The notes under the pieces were generated by a model, which had not been told where the DNA came from, did not search any database, and was given only the letters and a program-made list of their open reading frames with translations. The position numbers and the translations under genes are program-made. From NCBI GenBank assembly GCA_016840035.1, contig JAEOTC010000106.1, positions 1-26,822 on the forward strand: DNA of 26,822 bases, given 5' to 3'. This stretch comes from Candidatus Hodarchaeota archaeon (lineage in GTDB: Archaea; Asgardarchaeota; Heimdallarchaeia; Hodarchaeales; Hodarchaeaceae). Each line of letters begins with the position of its first letter. Position 1 is the stretch's first letter. Positions 24,681-26,822 of this stretch are shown piece by piece.

Positions 24681-25832
24681 ATGATCTTTGAAGAAAATCT
24701 TTTGGATATATTGAATGAAACGGGGATAAATGTCCTCTTAACTAATCCTTGTGCTCGATTACAAACAATCTTAAATCTCCTATCTGATGACAAGAATTTC
24801 GATGTTTTAGAGATAACTCGAGAAGAACATGGTGTTGGGTTAGCTGCAGGTGCGTATCTGGCCGGAATGAAACCAGCTATGCTGATTCAAAGTACTGGAA
24901 TAGGAAATATTCTCAATACTGTTGCATCTTTGACCTTAACCTATCAATTCCCTCTCTTGATTATAGCAAGTTGGAGGGGAGTAATAGATGAACCTATAGT
25001 TGCGCAAAATATCTTTGGAAAAGCAGTAGAAGGACTTTTATCATCTCTAAAAATTAAAACTTTGATAGTTGATGAGAATTCAGACTTATCCGATATAAAA
25101 AAAGATATAGAACGATGTTATGAACAAAATGAAGTAATTGTTCTTTTATGCTCCCCACGTGTGTGGACTCAGTCGAAAGAATTGTATTTAGAAAAGGAAT
25201 TTGTGTATTCACGCCAAAGAAAACAACCACAGAAAGTGAAATCCGACGAGCTTTGTATTAAACCTAGTATGACTAGAATGGAAGTTCTTAAAGATCTTAC
25301 TAGGAATATGACATCTAATGATGTCGTTATCGCCAATATTGGTTTTCCCTCTCGTGAATTATTTCACATTGATGACCAAAATCAATTCTTCTACATGACA
25401 GGTAGTTTTGGACAGGTTAGTTCGATCGGTCTTGGAATCGCCAGATATAAACCTAACAAACATGTTTACGTTCTTGAAGGAGATGGAAGTATGTTGATGA
25501 GTCCTGGGATTCTACCCATGATTTCTGCCTATTCCCCCGATAATTTAACCATCGTTTGCTTGAATAATGGAAGTTATGGTTCAACTGGAAACCAACCAAC
25601 CCTTTATACCTCAGGATTCATTGATTTCTGCCTAATTTCACAAGGATTTGGATTTAATCCTGCAGGGATTGAAAATATATGCCAGAAGGATGAACTCCTG
25701 AATATAATTCCTCAGATGTCTGAGTTCCAACTAATACAAATCTTCATTAGACCTGTAAACGCTAAAGTTGAGAGAATTCCTTTAACACCCAAGGAAATAG
25801 GGGATAGGTTCATTCGCTCATTAAAAAGTTGA
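24681..25832 (+). CDS. comDE: Fused sulfopyruvate decarboxylase ComD-ComE (TPP-dependent; phosphonopyruvate decarboxylase not excluded)
   Basis: N-half has NPC, TREEHGVGLAAGAYLAG, QSTGIGN and SWRG. C-half has ANIGFPSRELF, FYMTGSFG, GDGS and NNGSYGSTGNQ. Confidence 0.8.
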   Translation: MIFEENLLDILNETGINVLLTNPCARLQTILNLLSDDKNFDVLEITREEHGVGLAAGAYLAGMKPAMLIQSTGIGNILNTVASLTLTYQFPLLIIASWRGVIDEPIVAQNIFGKAVEGLLSSLKIKTLIVDENSDLSDIKKDIERCYEQNEVIVLLCSPRVWTQSKELYLEKEFVYSRQRKQPQKVKSDELCIKPSMTRMEVLKDLTRNMTSNDVVIANIGFPSRELFHIDDQNQFFYMTGSFGQVSSIGLGIARYKPNKHVYVLEGDGSMLMSPGILPMISAYSPDNLTIVCLNNGSYGSTGNQPTLYTSGFIDFCLISQGFGFNPAGIENICQKDELLNIIPQMSEFQLIQIFIRPVNAKVERIPLTPKEIGDRFIRSLKS

Positions 25833-25834
25833 AA

Positions 25835-26822
25835 TTAAATTCCTTTCTTAAATTCACGTTTTTCTACGTTGTTATTCTGCTTCTGAAGCGTCTGTGATAT
25901 CTTAGATGGCTGGATTCCTGAAGTTATTTGAGAAATCAGTTTCTTTTGATCTATCAGTGAATATCCGCATATTGGACATCCTGATTTCCCTATCAACTCA
26001 TCCACCGAGCTAAAGTCTAAGCCACATCCCCGACAACTAAATGGGAATGCGATTAATTCTCCCGAACAGTTCGGACAATTTGTAGACCCCACTGTAATTA
26101 GATCAACATAATCTGGGGTACAAACAAACCGCTTACAGGACTTACATTGGAAATAATTTTCACCTTGAATCTCACCAATACATACCTGACAATTTGTATC
26201 CCGTGGAGGAATAGATTCTAATAATAGCATATCAGATTTAAGAATGAGGGCTCCATCTTCAAAAGCTAATTTTTCTTTTATAGTCCTTGGAAGGTTGATC
26301 TGGCTTGTTTCCAGTTCAGAGGAGAGGGATTCGATATGGATTGCCTTTCCCCTTATAAGATCTTGGATCCATGTTGGTTTTGGCTTGTAATAATTAATTG
26401 TATCTTCAGCTCTAGTCCTTATTTCTTTCCCAATTCGGAGAGATTCTGCTTTAACTATTGGATAGCTTTTGATGGTAGCCATAATTAAAAGGCCCAAAAG
26501 TGAAGCTAAAATTATTATAGCCAATAATAATGTCACGGGGTTCAAAATAAAATTGTTTGGATCAGTTCCAATGATTATTTCAATATTATCATTAAAAAAG
26601 TCATTATCACTATCAGAATCACGTGGGTTGGTACCATATAAAAATTCATCTCTATTACTCAATCCATCTGAATCCGCGTCATTATCACCGTCATTAATCC
26701 CAATAATAAAATTAAATCGATACTCAAAAATATTAGACATCCCATCATTGTCTAAATCATCATTCGCATCGTCCTTTCCAGCCTGAAGACCATTTTCATA
26801 CTCAAACAAGTTAGGCATTCCA
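25835..26822 (-). CDS. 3' part of a single-pass membrane protein: DxDxDG Ca-binding (TSP3-like) repeats, TM helix, cytoplasmic RING-like finger and Zn ribbon
   Basis: The frame is open to the window edge; GGA precedes the ATG and continues the DG-M-x-N repeat. Repeats include DLDNDGMSN, DADSDGLSN and DSDND. TM is LLLAIIILASLLGLLIMATI, followed by five CxxC pairs and one CxxD. Confidence 0.85.
   Translation of the reverse strand, partial: GMPNLFEYENGLQAGKDDANDDLDNDGMSNIFEYRFNFIIGINDGDNDADSDGLSNRDEFLYGTNPRDSDSDNDFFNDNIEIIIGTDPNNFILNPVTLLLAIIILASLLGLLIMATIKSYPIVKAESLRIGKEIRTRAEDTINYYKPKPTWIQDLIRGKAIHIESLSSELETSQINLPRTIKEKLAFEDGALILKSDMLLLESIPPRDTNCQVCIGEIQGENYFQCKSCKRFVCTPDYVDLITVGSTNCPNCSGELIAFPFSCRGCGLDFSSVDELIGKSGCPICGYSLIDQKKLISQITSGIQPSKISQTLQKQNNNVEKREFKKGI

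Noticed and set aside
2497-26786. Remaining short ORFs nested in or antisense to assigned genes (e.g. 2497..2763, 5604..5867, 7533..7769, 12552..12788, 13551..13886, 15227..15505, 16457..16750, 19981..20253, 26469..26786)
   Set aside because: They overlap well-supported genes wholly or largely and have no recognisable motifs or independent start signals.
26545-26822. Recurrent TCATT/TCATC words resembling a DNA repeat array
   Set aside because: They are explained by Asp/Asn codons of the protein's Ca-binding repeats on the minus strand; there is no constant repeat-spacer structure.
1-26822. tRNA, rRNA, CRISPR array, transposase/integrase or defence system
   Set aside because: None recognised. 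Intergenic gaps are short and show no cloverleaf or repeat-spacer pattern by eye; tRNAscan-SE and Infernal would be needed to exclude small RNAs.

Overview
This is an AT-rich, gene-dense archaeal chromosomal segment with about 25 CDS. I found no rRNA, tRNA, CRISPR array or mobile element. PGF-type C-terminal sorting signals, TATA-like promoters, U-rich terminators, many TTG/GTG starts, a bacterial-type TpiA and Zn-finger-rich membrane proteins suggest an Asgard (Heimdallarchaeia/Hodarchaeales-like) origin; this is inference only. Left to right: a divergent pair of paralogous acidic cell-surface proteins; citF, a small Zn-finger gene and acnA; a DinB-fold gene; a metal-uptake trio (His/Cys membrane protein, NiCoT/UreH-like permease, ZIP); a Cys/Ser-rich membrane protein with a filter-less RCK channel; tpiA with an altered lid loop; dodecin; a GbsR/MarR-regulated ABC-2 exporter with a clear double palindromic operator; two alpha/beta hydrolases; a PAP2/Aur1-like enzyme; an ACT protein; a tandem pair of unknown 4-Cys proteins; M20 amidohydrolase plus fused ComDE; and the 3' part of a receptor-like protein (Ca-binding repeats, one TM helix, cytoplasmic RING-like finger and Zn ribbon). 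All family calls come from motifs recognised by eye; no searches were run.
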